Part shown: in pieces, positions 22,401 through 36,900 of the stretch
Layout of the letters: every line of letters starts with the position of its first letter
Numbering within the stretch: position 1 is the stretch's first letter
Assembly (NCBI GenBank): GCA_964016885.1
Contig: OZ024740.1
Location: forward strand, 251,472,001-251,536,000
Direction: 5' to 3'
Length of the DNA stretch: 64,000 bases
From: Eledone cirrhosa
Lineage: Eukaryota
Made by a program: the position numbers and the translations under genes
Notes under the pieces: model-generated
What the model was told of the DNA's origin: nothing
The model's database searches: none
The model's input: the letters and a program-made list of their open reading frames with translations, nothing else

Positions 22401-25089
22401 AATTATCTCCCCTTGGCTGGCTGGAAATTATCTCCCCTTGGAGGCAGGAATTTATCTCCCCTTGGACGGGTAGAAATTACCTCTCCTTGGACGGCTGGAA
22501 AATATGTCTCCTTGGACGGCTGGAAATTATCTCCCCTTGGACGGCTGGAAATTATCTCCCCTTGGACGGCTGGAAATTATCTCCCCTTGGACGGCTAGAA
22601 ATTACTTCTCCTTGGACGGCTGAAAATTATCTCCCCTTGGACGGCTGGAAATTATCTCCCCTTGATTTTTTTACAAATTATCTCCCCCTGATTTTTTTTT
22701 ACAAATTATCTCCCCCTGATTTTTTTTACAAATTATCTCCCCCTGATTTTTTTTACAAATTATCTCCCCCTGATTTTTTTTACAAATTATCTCCGCCTGA
22801 TTTTTTTAAATATTATCTCTCCTTGGCTGGCGGGAAATTATCTCCCCTTGGACGGCTGCAAATTATCTCCGCTTGATTTTTTTTACAAATTATCTCCCCC
22901 TGATTTTTTTTTTAAAATTATCTCCCCCTGATTTTTTTTACAAATTATCTCCCCTGATTTTTTTTTACAAATTATCTCCCCCTGATTTTTTTTTACAAAT
23001 TATCTCCCCCTGATTTTTTTTTTACAAATTATCTCCCCCTGATTTTTTTACAAATTATCTCCCCCTGATTTTTTTTACAATCTCCGCCTGATTTTTTTAA
23101 AAATTATCTTCCCTTGGCTGGCGGGAAATTATCTCCTCTTGGACGGCTGGAAATTATCTCCCCTTGGAAGGATGGAAATTATCTCCCCTTGGACGGCTGG
23201 AAATTATCTCCCCTTGCACGGCTGGAAATTATCTCCCCTTGGCTGGAAATTATCTCCCCTTGGACGGCTAGAAATTATCTCTCTTTGGATGGCTGGAAAT
23301 TATCTCCCTTTGATTTTTTTTACAAATTATCTCCCTCTGATTTTTTTTACAAATCTCCCCCTGATTTTTTTTTACAAATTATCTCCCCCTGATTTTTTTT
23401 ACAAACTATCTCCCCCTGATTTTTTTACAAATTATCTCCCCTTGGCTGGCTGGAAATTATCTCCCCTTGGAGGCTGGAATTTATCTCCCCTTGGACGGCT
23501 AGAAATTACCTCTCCTTGGACGGCTGGAAAATATGTCTCCTTGGACGGCTGGAAATTATCTCCCCTTGGACGGCTGGAAATTACCTCTCCTTGGACGGCT
23601 GAAAATTGTCTCCCCGTGGACGGCTGGAAATTATCTCCCCTTGATTTTTTTACAAATTATCTCCCCCTGATTTTTTTTTTACAAATTATCTCCCCCTGAT
23701 TTTTTTTACAAATTATCTACGCCTGATTTTTTTAAATATTATCTCTCCTTGGCTGGCGGGAAATTATCTCCCCTTGGACGGCTGGAAATTATCTCCCCTT
23801 GGAAGGATGGAAATTATCTCCCCTTGGACGGCTGGAAATTATCTCCCCTTGCACTGCTGGAAATTATCTCCCCTTGGACGGCTGGAAATTATCTGCCCTT
23901 GATTTTGTTTTTACAAATTATCTTCCCCTGATTATTTTTACAAATTATCTCCACCTGATTTTTTAAAAAATTATCTCCCCTTGGACGGCTGGAAATTATC
24001 TCCCCTTGGCTGGAAATTATCTCCCCTTGGACGGCTAGAAATTATCTCTCTTTGGACGGCTGGAAATTATCTCCCCTTGATTTTTTTTACAAATTATCTC
24101 CCCCTGATTTTTTTTACAAATTATCCCCCCATGATTTTAAAAAAAAAAATTATCTCCCCTTCGCTGGCTGGAAATTATCTCCCCTTGGACGCTGGAAATT
24201 ATAGCCCCTTGGAGGGCTGGAAATTATCTTCCCTTGGACGGCTGGAAATTATCTCCCCTTGATTTTTTTTACAAATTATCTCCCCCTGATTTTTTTTTAC
24301 AAATTATCTCCCCCTGATTTTTTTTTTACAAATTATCTCCGCCTGATTTTTTAAAAAAAATTATCTCCCCTTGGACGGCTGGAAATTATCTCCCCTTGGA
24401 CGGCTGGAAATTATCTCCCGTTGGACGGCTAGAAATTACCTCTCCTTGGACGGCTGAAAATTATCTCCCCTTGGACGGCTGCAAATTATCTCCCCTTGAT
24501 TTTTTTTACAAATTATCCCCCCATGATTTTTAAAAAAAAAATTATCTCCCCTTCGCTGGCTGGAAATTATCTCCCCTTGGACGCTGGAAATTATAGCCCC
24601 TTGGAGGGCTGGAAATTATCTTCCCTTGGACGGCTGGAAATTATCTCCCCTTGATTTTTTTTACAAATTATCTCCCTCTGATTTTTTTTTACAAATTATC
24701 TCCCACTGATTTTTTTTTACAAATTATCTCCCCCTGATTTTTTTTTTACAAATTATCTCCGCGTGATTTTTTTAAAAAAATTATCTCCCCTTGGACGGCT
24801 GGAAATTATCTCCCCTTGGACGGCTGGAAATTATCTCGCCTTGGACGGCTAGAAATTACCTCTCCTTGGACGGCTGAAAATTATCTCCCCTTGGACGGCT
24901 GCAAATTATCTCCTCTTGATTTTTTTTACAAATTATCTCCCCCTGATTTTTTTTACAAATTATCTCCCCCTGATTTTTTTTACAAATTATCTCCCCCTGA
25001 TTTTTTTTTACAAATTATCTCCCCCTGATTTTTTTTCCAAATTATCTCCCCCTGATTTTTTTTACAAATTATCTCCCCCTGATTTTTTT

Positions 25090-28000
25090 TACAAATTATC
25101 TCCCCCTGATTTTTTTTACAATCTCCGCCTGATTTTTTAAAAAATTATCTTTCCTTGGCTGGCGGGAAATTATCTCCCCTTGGACGGCTGGAAATTATCT
25201 CCCCTTGGACGGCTAGAAATTATCTCTCTTTGGACGGCTGGAAATTATCTCCCCTTGATTTTTTTTACAAATTATCTCCCCCTGATTTTTTTTACAAATT
25301 ATCCCCGCATGATTTTTAAAAAAAAAATTATCTCCCCTTCGCTGGCTGGAAATTATCTCCCCTTGGACGCTGGAAATTATAGCCCCTTGGAGGGCTGGAA
25401 ATTATCTTCCCTTGGACGGCTGGAAATTATCTCCCCTTAATTTTTTTTACAAATTATCTCCCCCTGATTTTTTTTTACAAATTATCTCCCCCTGATTTTT
25501 TTTTACAAATTATCTCCCCCTGATTTTTTTTTTTACAAATTATCTCCGCCTGATTTTTAAAAAAAAATTATCTCCCCTTGGACGGCTGGAAATTATCTCC
25601 CCTTGGACGGCTGGAAATTATCTCCCCTTGGACGGCTAGAAATTACCTCTCCTTGGACGGCTGAAAATTATCTCCCCTTGGACGGCTGCAAATTATCTCC
25701 CCTTGATTTTTTTTACAAATTATCTCCCCCTGATTTTTTTTACAAATTATCTCCCCCTGATTTTTTTTACAAATTATCTCCCCCTGATTTTTTTTTACAA
25801 ATTATCTCCCCCTGATTTTTTTTTACAAATTATCTCCCCCTGATTTTTTTTACAAATTATCTCCCCCTGATTTTTTTTACAAATTATCTCCCCCTGATTT
25901 TTTTTTACAAATTATCTCCCCTTGATTTTTTTTTACAAATTATCTGCCCCTGATTTTTTTTTTACAAATTATCTCCCCCTGATTTTTTTACAAATTATCT
26001 CCCCCTGATTTTTTTTACAAATTATCTCCCGCTGATTTTTTTTACAAATTATCTCCCCTTGATTTTTTTTTACAAATTATCTCCCCTTGATTTTTTTTTA
26101 CAAATTATCTCCCCCTGATTTTTTTTTTACAAATTATCTCCCCCTGATTTTTTTAAAAATTATCTTCCCTTGGCTGGCGGGAAATTATCTCCCCTTGGAC
26201 GGCTGGAAATTATCTCCCCTTGGAAGGATGTAAATTATCTCCCCTTGGACGGCTGGAAATTATCTCCCCTTGCACGGCTGGAAATTATCTCCCCTTGATT
26301 TTTTTTACAAATTATCTCCCCCTGATTTTTTTTTACAAATTATCTCCCCCTGATTTTTTTTTACAAATTATCTCCCCCTGATTTTTTTTACAAATTATCT
26401 CCCCCTGATTTTTAAAAAAAAAATTATCTCCCCTTCGCTGGCTGGAAATTATCTCCCCTTGGACGCTGGAAATTATAGCCCCTTGGAGGGCTGGAAATTA
26501 TCTTCCCTTGGACGGCTGGAAATTATCTTCCCTTGGACGGCTGGAAATTATCTCCCCTTGATTTTTTTTACAAATTATCTCCCCCTGATTTTTTTTTACA
26601 AATTATCTCCCCCTGATTTTTTTTACAAATTATCTACCCCTGATTTTTTTTACAAATTATCTCCCCCTGATTTTTTTTTACAAATTATCTCCCTCTGATT
26701 TTTTTTTACAAATTATCTCCCCCTGATTTTTTTTTTACAAATTATCTCCCCCTGATTTTTTTACAAATTATCTCCCCCTGATTTTTTTTACAATCTCCGC
26801 CTGATTTTTTAAAAAATTATCTTCCCTTGGCTGGCGGGAAATTATCTCCCCTTGGACGGCTGGAAATTATCTCCCCTTGGACGGCTAGAAATTATCTCTC
26901 TTTGGACGGCTGGAAATTATCTCCCCTTGATTTTTTTTACAAATTATCTCCCCCTGATTTTTTTTACAAATTATCCCCGCATGATTTTTAAAAAAAAAAT
27001 TATCTCCCCTTCGCTGGCTGGAAATTATCTCCCCTTGGACGCTGGAAATTATAGCCCCTTGGAGGGCTGGAAATTATCTTCCCTTGGACGGCTGGAAATT
27101 ATCTCCCCTTGATTTTTTTTACAAATTATCTCCCCCTGATTTTTTTTTACAAATTATCTCCCCCTGATTTTTTTTTACAAATTATCTCCCCCTGATTTTT
27201 TTTTTTACAAATTATCTCCGCCTGATTTTTAAAAAAAAATTATCTCCCCTTGGACGGGTGGAAATTATCTCCCCTTGGACGGCTGGAAATTATCTCCCCT
27301 TGGACGGCTAGAAATTACCTCTCCTTGGACGGCTGAAAATTATCTCCCCTTGGACGGCTGCAAATTATCTCCCCTTGATTTTTTTTACAAATTATCTCCC
27401 CCTGATTTTTTTTACAAATTATTTCCCCCTGATTTTTTTTACAAATTATCTCCCCCTGATTTTTTTTTACAAATTATCTCCCCCTGATTTTTTTTTACAA
27501 ATTATCTCCCCCTGATTTTTTTTACAAATTATCTCCCCCTGATTTTTTTTACAAATTATCTCCCCCTGATTTTTTTTTACAAATTATCTCCCCTTGATTT
27601 TTTTTTACAAATTATCTCCCCCTGATTTTTTTTTTACAAATTATCTCCCCCTGATTTTTTTACAAATTATCTCCCCCTGATTTTTTTTACAAATTATCTC
27701 CCCCTGATTTTTTTTACAAATTATCTCCCCTTGATTTTTTTTTACAAATTATCTCCCCTTGATTTTTTTTTACAAATTATCTCCCCCTGATTTTTTTTTT
27801 ACAAATTATCTCCCCCTGATTTTTTTAAAAATTATCTTCCCTTGGCTGGCGGGAAATTATCTCCCCTTGGACGGCTGGAAATTATCTCCCCTTGGAAGGA
27901 TGTAAATTATCTCCCCTTGGACGGCTGGAAATTATCTCCCCTTGCACGGCTGGAAATTATCTCCCCTTGATTTTTTTTACAAATTATCTCCCCCTGATTT

Positions 28001-28493
28001 TTTTTTACAAATTATCTCCCCCTGATTTTTTTTTACAAATTATCTCCCCCTGATTTTTTTTACAAATTATCTCCCCCTGATTTTTAAAAAAAAAATTATC
28101 TCCCCTTCGCTGGCTGGAAATTATCTCCCCTTGGACGCTGGAAATTATAGCCCCTTGGAGGGCTGGAAATTATCTTCCCTTGGACGGCTGGAAATTATCT
28201 TCCCTTGGACGGCTGGAAATTATCTCCCCTTGATTTTTTTTACAAATTATCTCCCCCTGATTTTTTTTTACAAATTATCTCCCCCTGATTTTTTTTACAA
28301 ATTATCTACCCCTGATTTTTTTTACAAATTATCTCCCCCTGATTTTTTTTTACAAATTATCTCCCTCTGATTTTTTTTTACAAATTATCTCCCCCTGATT
28401 TTTTTTTTACAAATTATCTCCCCCTGATTTTTTTACAAATTATCTCCCCCTGATTTTTTTTACAATCTCCGCCTGATTTTTTAAAAAATTATC
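25090..28493 (+). repeat. 1,672-bp tandem duplication nested in copy 1 of the 13-kb unit
   Basis: ORF pairs 25180/26852, 25603/27275 and 26459/28131 all have offset 1672. The landmark ACAATCTCCGCC lies at ~25118, ~26790 and ~28462. Confidence 0.92.
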
Positions 28494-29041
28494 TCCCCTT
28501 CGCTGGCTGGAAATTATCTCCCCTTGGACGCTGGAAATTATAGCCCCTTGGAGGGCTGGAAATTATCTTCCCTTGGACGGCTGGAAATTATCTCCCCTTG
28601 ATTTTTTTTACAAATTATCTCCCCCTGATTTTTTTTTACAAATTATCTCCCCCTGATTTTTTTTTACAAATTATCTCCCCCTGATTTTTTTTTTTACAAA
28701 TTATCTCCGCCTGATTTTTAAAAAAAAATTATCTCCCCTTGGACGGCTGGAAATTATCTCCCCTTGGACGGCTGGAAATTATCTCCCCTTGGACGGCTAG
28801 AAATTACCTCTCCTTGGACGGCTGAAAATTATCTCCCCTTGGACGGCTGCAAATTATCTCCCCTTGATTTTTTTTACAAATTATCTCCCCCTGATTTTTT
28901 TTACAAATTATCTCCCCCTGATTTTTTTTACAAATTATCTCCCCCTGATTTTTTTTTACAAATTATCTCCCCCTGATTTTTTTTTACAAATTATCTCCCC
29001 CTGATTTTTTTTACAAATTATCTCCCCCTGATTTTTTTTAC

Positions 29042-30900
29042 AAATTATCTCCCCCTGATTTTTTTTTACAAATTATCTCCCCTTGATTTTTTTTTACAAA
29101 TTATCTCCCCCTGATTTTTTTTTTACAAATTATCTCCCCCTGATTTTTTTACAAATTATCTCCCCCTGATTTTTTTTACAAATTATCTCCCCCTGATTTT
29201 TTTTACAAATTATCTCCCCTTGATTTTTTTTTACAAATTATCTCCCCCTGATTTTTTTTTTACAAATTATTTCCCCCTGATTTTTTTAAAAATTATCTTC
29301 CCTTGGCTGGCGGGAAATTATCTCCCCTTGGACGGCTGGAAATTATCTCCCCTTGGAAGGATGTAAATTATCTCCCCTTGGACGGCTGGAAATTATCTCC
29401 CCTTGCACGGCTGGAAATTATCTCCCCTTGATTTTTTTTACAAATTATCTCCCCCTGATTTTTTTTTACAAATTATCTCCCCCTGATTTTTTTTTACAAA
29501 TTATCTCCCCCTGATTTTTTTTACAAATTATCTCCCCCTGATTTAAAAAAAAAAAATTATCTCCCCTTCGCTGGCTGGAAATTATCTCCCCTTGGACGCT
29601 GGAAATTATAGCCCCTTGGAGGGCTGGAAATTATCTTCCCTTGGACGGCTGGAAATTATCTTCCCTTGGACGGCTGGAAATTATCTCCCCTTGATTTTTT
29701 TTACAAATTATCTCCCCCTGATTTTTTTTTACAAATTATCTCCCCCTGATTTTTTTTTACAAATTATCTCCCCCTGATTTTTTTTTTACAAATTATCTCC
29801 GCTTGATTTTTTAAAAAAAATTATCTCCCCTTGGACGGCTGGAAATTATCTCCCCTTGGACGGCTAGAAATTATCTCTCCTTGGACGGCTGAAAATTATC
29901 TCCCCTTGGACGGCTGCAAATTATCTCCCCTTGATTTTTTTTACAAATTATCTCCCCCTGATTTTTTTTTACAAATTATCTCCCCCTGATTTTTTTTTAC
30001 AAATTATCTCCCCTTGATTTTTTTTTACAAATTATCTCCCCCTGATTTTTTTTTTACAAATTATCTCCCCCTGATTTTTTTACAAATTATCTCCCCCTGA
30101 TTTTTTTTACAAATTATCTCCCCCTGATTTTTTTTACAAATTATCTCCCCTTGATTTTTTTTTACAAATTATCTCCCCCTGATTTTTTTTTTACAAATTA
30201 TCTCCCCCTGATTTTTTTAAAAATTATCTTCCCTTGGCTGGCGGGAAATTATCTCCCCTTGGACGGCTGGAAATTATCTCCCCTTGGAAGGATGTAAATT
30301 ATCTCCCCTTGGACGGCTGGAAATTATCTCCCCTTGCACGGCTGGAAATTATCTCCCCTTGATTTTTTTTACAAATTATCTCCCCCTGATTTTTTTTTAC
30401 AAATTATCTCCCCCTGATTTTTTTTTACAAATTATCTCCCCCTGATTTTTTTTACAAATTATCTCCCCCTGATTTTTAAAAAAAAAATTATCTCCCCTTC
30501 GCTGGCTGGAAATTATCTCCCCTTGGACGCTGGAAATTATAGCCCCTTGGAGGGCTGGAAATTATCTTCCCTTGGACGGCTGGAAATTATCTTCCCTTGG
30601 ACGGCTGGAAATTATCTCCCCTTGATTTTTTTTACAAATTATCTCCCCCTGATTTTTTTTTACAAATTATCTCCCCCTGATTTTTTTTTACAAATTATCT
30701 CCCCCTGATTTTTTTTTTACAAATTATCTCCGCTTGATTTTTTAAAAAAAATTATCTCCCCTTGGACGGCTGGAAATTATCTCCCCTTGGACGGCTGGAA
30801 ATTATCTCCCCTTGGACGGCTAGAAATTATCTCTCCTTGGACGGCTGAAAATTATCTCCCCTTGGACGGCTGCAAATTATCTCCCCTTTATTTTTTTTAC
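29042..30900 (+). repeat. 931-bp tandem duplication nested in copy 1 of the 13-kb unit
   Basis: ORF pair 29592/30523. The T-run series 9,9,10,7,8,8,9,10 repeats at +931, and the second copy has one extra A monomer near 30775. Confidence 0.88.
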
Positions 30901-33900
30901 AAATTATCTCCCCCTGATTTTTTTTACAAATTATCTCCCCCTCATTTTTTTACAAATTATCTGCCCCTGATTTTTTTTACAAATTATCTCCCCCTGATTT
31001 TTTTTTACAAATTATCTCCCTCTGATTTTTTTTACAAATTATCTCCCCCTGATTTTTTTTTTACAAATTATCTCCCCCTGATTTTTTTAAAAATTATCTC
31101 CCCCTGATTTTTTTACAATCTCCGCCTGATTTTTTTAAAAATTATCTTCCCTTGGCTGGCGGGAAATTATCTCCCCTTGGACGGCTGGAAATTATCTCCC
31201 CTTGGAAGGATGGAAATTATCTCCCCTTGGACGGCTGGATATTATCTCCCCTTGCACGGCTGGAAATTATCTCCCCTTGGCTGGAAATTATCTCCCCTTG
31301 GACGGCTAGAAATTATCTCTCTTTGGACGGCTGGAAATTATCTCCCTTTGATTTTTTTTACAAATTATCTCCCTCTGATATTTTTTACAAATCTCCCCCT
31401 GATTTTTTAAAAAAAATTATCTCCCCTTCGCTGGCTGGAAATTATCTCCCCTTGGACACTGGAAATTATAGCCCCTTGGAGGGCTGGAAATTATCTTCCC
31501 TTGGACGGCTGGAAATTATCTCCCCTTGATTTTTTTTACAAATTATCTCCGCCTGATTTTTTTTAAAAATTATCTCTCCTTGGACGGCTGGAAATTATCT
31601 CCCCTTGATTTTTTTTACAAATTATCTCCCCCTGATTTTTTTTACAAATTATCTCCCCCTGATTTTTTTTTACAAATTATCTACCACTGATTTTTTTTAC
31701 AAATTATCTCCCCCTGATTTTTTTTACAAATTATCTCCCCCTGATTTTTCTTTTACAAATTATCTCCCCCTGATTTTTTTACAAATTATCTCCCCCTGAT
31801 TTTTTTTACAAATTATCTCCGCCTGATTTTTTTAAATATTATCTTCCCTTGGCTGGCGGGAAATTATCTCCCCTTGGACGGCTGGAAATTATCTGCCCTT
31901 GATTTTGTTTTTACAAATTATCTTCCACTGATTTTTTTTACAAATTATCTCCACCTGATTTTTTAAAAAATTATCTCCCCTTGGAAGGCTGGAAATTATC
32001 TCCCCTTGGACGGCTAGAAATTATCTCTCTTTGGACGGCTGGAAATTATCTCCCCTTGATTTTTTTTACAAATTATCTCCCCCTGATTTTTTTTACAAAT
32101 ATCCCAGTGATTTTTTTTAAAAAATTATCTCCCCTTCGCTGGCTGGAAATTATCTCCCCTTGGACGCTGGAAATTATAGCCCCTTGGAGGGCTGGAAATT
32201 ATCTTCCCTTGGACGGCTGGAAATTATCTCCCCTTGATTTTTTTTACAAATTATCTCCCCCTGATTTTTTTTTACAAATTATCTCCCCCTGATTTTTTTT
32301 TACAAATTATCTCCCCCTGATTTTTTTTACAACTTATCTCCGCCTGATTTTTTTTAAAAAATCATCTCCCCTTGGACGGCTGGAAATTATCTCCCCTTGG
32401 ACGGCTGGAAATTATCTCCCCTTGATTTTTTTACAAATTATCTCCCCCTGATTTTTTTTTACAAATTATCTCCCCCTGATTTTTTTTACAAATTATCTCC
32501 CCCTGATTTTTTTTACAAATTATCTCCCCCTGATTTTTTTTACAAATTATCTCCGCCTGATTTTTTTAAATATTATCTCTCCTTGGCTGGCGGGAAATTA
32601 TCTCCCCTTGGACGGCTGCAAATTATCTCCGCTTGATTTTTTTTACAAATTATCTCCCCCTGATTTTTTTTTTAAAATTATCTCCCCCTGATTTTTTTTA
32701 CAAATTATCTCCCCTGATTTTTTTTTACAAATTATCTCCCCCTGATTTTTTTTTACAAATTATCTCCCCCTGATTTTTTTTTTACAAATTATCTCCCCCT
32801 GATTTTTTTACAAATTATCTCCCCCTGATTTTTTTTACAATCTCCGCCTGATTTTTTTAAAAATTATCTTCCCTTGGCTGGCGGGAAATTATCTCCCCTT
32901 GGACGGCTGGAAATTATCTCCCCTTGGAAGGATGGAAATTATCTCCCCTTGGACGGCTGGAAATTATCTCCCCTTGCACGGCTGGAAATTATCTCCCCTT
33001 GGCTGGAAATTATCTCCCCTTGGACGGCTAGAAATTATCTCTCTTTGGATGGCTGGAAATTATCTCCCTTTGATTTTTTTTACAAATTATCTCCCTCTGA
33101 TTTTTTTTACAAATCTCCCCCTGATTTTTTTTTACAAATTATCTCCCCCTGATTTTTTTTACAAACTATCTCCCCCTGATTTTTTTACAAATTATCTCCC
33201 CTTGGCTGGCTGGAAATTATCTCCCCTTGGACGGCTGGAAATTATCTCCCCTTGGAAGGATGTAAATTATCTCCCCTTGGACGGCTGGAAATTATCTCCC
33301 CTTGCACGGCTGGAAATTATCTCCCCTTGATTTTTTTTACAAATTATCTCCCCCTGATTTTTTTTTACAAATTATCTCCCCCTGATTTTTTTTTACAAAT
33401 TATCTCCCCCTGATTTTTTTTACAAATTATCTCCCCCTGATTTAAAAAAAAAAAATTATCTCCCCTTCGCTGGCTGGAAATTATCTCCCCTTGGACGCTG
33501 GAAATTATAGCCCCTTGGAGGGCTGGAAATTATCTTCCCTTGGACGGCTGGAAATTATCTTCCCTTGGACGGCTGGAAATTATCTCCCCTTGATTTTTTT
33601 TACAAATTATCTCCCCCTGATTTTTTTTTACAAATTATCTCCCCCTGATTTTTTTTTACAAATTATCTCCCCCTGATTTTTTTTTTACAAATTATCTCCG
33701 CTTGATTTTTTAAAAAAAATTATCTCCCCTTGGACGGCTGGAAATTATCTCCCCTTGGACGGCTAGAAATTATCTCTCCTTGGACGGCTGAAAATTATCT
33801 CCCCTTGGACGGCTGCAAATTATCTCCCCTTGATTTTTTTTACAAATTATCTCCCCCTGATTTTTTTTTACAAATTATCTCCCCCTGATTTTTTTTTACA

Positions 33901-36900
33901 AATTATCTCCCCTTGATTTTTTTTTACAAATTATCTCCCCCTGATTTTTTTTTTACAAATTATCTCCCCCTGATTTTTTTACAAATTATCTCCCCCTGAT
34001 TTTTTTTACAAATTATCTCCCCCTGATTTTTTTTACAAATTATCTCCCCTTGATTTTTTTTTACAAATTATCTCCCCCTGATTTTTTTTTTACAAATTAT
34101 CTCCCCCTGATTTTTTTAAAAATTATCTTCCCTTGGCTGGCGGGAAATTATCTCCCCTTGGACGGCTGGAAATTATCTCCCCTTGGAAGGATGTAAATTA
34201 TCTCCCCTTGGACGGCTGGAAATTATCTCCCCTTGCACGGCTGGAAATTATCTCCCCTTGATTTTTTTTACAAATTATCTCCCCCTGATTTTTTTTTACA
34301 AATTATCTCCCCCTGATTTTTTTTTACAAATTATCTCCCCCTGATTTTTTTTACAAATTATCTCCCCCTGATTTTTAAAAAAAAAATTATCTCCCCTTCG
34401 CTGGCTGGAAATTATCTCCCCTTGGACGCTGGAAATTATAGCCCCTTGGAGGGCTGGAAATTATCTTCCCTTGGACGGCTGGAAATTATCTTCCCTTGGA
34501 CGGCTGGAAATTATCTCCCCTTGATTTTTTTTACAAATTATCTACCCCTGATTTTTTTTACAAATTATCTCCCCCTGATTTTTTTTACAAATTATCTCCC
34601 CCTGATTTTTCTTTTACAAATTATCTCCCCCTGATTTTTTTACAAATTATCTCCCCCTGATTTTTTTTACAAATTATCTCCGCCTGATTTTTTTAAATAT
34701 TATCTTCCCTTGGCTGGCGGGAAATTATCTCCCCTTGGACGGCTGGAAATTATCTGCCCTTGATTTTGTTTTTACAAATTATCTTCCACTGATTTTTTTT
34801 ACAAATTATCTCCACCTGATTTTTTAAAAAAATTATCTCCCCTTGGAAGGCTGGAAATTATCTCCCCTTGGACGGCTAGAAATTATCTCTCTTTGGACGG
34901 CTGGAAATTATCTCCCCTTGATTTTTTTTACAAATTATCTCCCCCTGATTTTTTTTACAAATATCCCAGTGATTTTTTTTAAAAAATTATCTCCCCTTCG
35001 CTGGCTGGAAATTATCTCCCCTTGGACGCTGGAAATTATAGCCCCTTGGAGGGCTGGAAATTATCTTCCCTTGGACGGCTGGAAATTATCTCCCCTTGAT
35101 TTTTTTTACAAATTATCTCCCCCTGATTTTTTTTTTCAAATTATCTCCCCCTGATTTTTTTTTACAAATTATCTCCCCCTGATTTTTTTTTTTACAACTT
35201 ATCTCCGCCTGATTTTTTTTAAAAAATCATCTCCCCTTGGACGGCTGGAAATTATCTCCCCTTGGACGGCTGGAAATTATCTCCCCTTGATTTATTTTAC
35301 AAATTATCTCCCCCTGATTTTTTTTACAAATTATCTCCCCTGATTTTTTTTTACAAATTATCTCCCCCTGATTTTTTTTTACAAATTATCTCCCCCTGAT
35401 TTTTTTTACAAATTATCTCCCCCTGATTTTTTTACAAATTATCTCCCCTTGGCTGGCTGGAAATTATCTCCCCTTGGAGGCAGGAATTTATCTCCCCTTG
35501 GACGGGTAGAAATTACCTCTCCTTGGACGGCTGGAAAATATGTCTCCTTGGACGGCTGGAAATTATCTCCCCTTGGACGGCTGGAAATTATCTCCCCTTG
35601 GACGGCTGGAAATTATCTCCCCTTGGACGGCTAGAAATTACTTCTCCTTGGACGGCTGAAAATTATCTCCCCTTGGACGGCTGGAAATTATCTCCCCTTG
35701 ATTTTTTTACAAATTATCTCCCCCTGATTTTTTTTTACAAATTATCTCCCCCTGATTTTTTTTACAAATTATCTCCCCCTGATTTTTTTTACAAATTATC
35801 TCCCCCTGATTTTTTTTACAAATTATCTCCGCCTGATTTTTTTAAATATTATCTCTCCTTGGCTGGCGGGAAATTATCTCCCCTTGGACGGCTGCAAATT
35901 ATCTCCGCTTGATTTTTTTTACAAATTATCTCCCCCTGATTTTTTTTTTAAAATTATCTCCCCCTGATTTTTTTTACAAATTATCTCCCCTGATTTTTTT
36001 TTACAAATTATCTCCCCCTGATTTTTTTTTACAAATTATCTCCCCCTGATTTTTTTTTTACAAATTATCTCCCCCTGATTTTTTTACAAATTATCTCCCC
36101 CTGATTTTTTTTACAATCTCCGCCTGATTTTTTTAAAAATTATCTTCCCTTGGCTGGCGGGAAATTATCTCCTCTTGGACGGCTGGAAATTATCTCCCCT
36201 TGGAAGGATGGAAATTATCTCCCCTTGGACGGCTGGAAATTATCTCCCCTTGCACGGCTGGAAATTATCTCCCCTTGGCTGGAAATTATCTCCCCTTGGA
36301 CGGCTAGAAATTATCTCTCTTTGGATGGCTGGAAATTATCTCCCTTTGATTTTTTTTACAAATTATCTCCCTCTGATTTTTTTTACAAATCTCCCCCTGA
36401 TTTTTTTTTACAAATTATCTCCCCCTGATTTTTTTTACAAACTATCTCCCCCTGATTTTTTTACAAATTATCTCCCCTTGGATGGCTGGAAATTATCTCC
36501 CCTTGGAGGCTGGAATTTATCTCCCCTTGGACGGCTAGAAATTACCTCTCCTTGGACGGCTGGAAAATATGTCTCCTTGGACGGCTGGAAATTATCTCCC
36601 CTTGGACGGCTGGAAATTACCTCTCCTTGGACGGCTGAAAATTGTCTCCCCGTGGACGGCTGGAAATTATCTCCCCTTGATTTTTTTACAAATTATCTCC
36701 CCCTGATTTTTTTTTTACAAATTATCTCCCCCTGATTTTTTTTACAAATTATCTACGCCTGATTTTTTTAAATATTATCTCTCCTTGGCTGGCGGGAAAT
36801 TATCTCCCCTTGGACGGCTGGAAATTATCTCCCCTTGGAAGGATGGAAATTATCTCCCCTTGGACGGCTGGAAATTATCTCCCCTTGCACTGCTGGAAAT

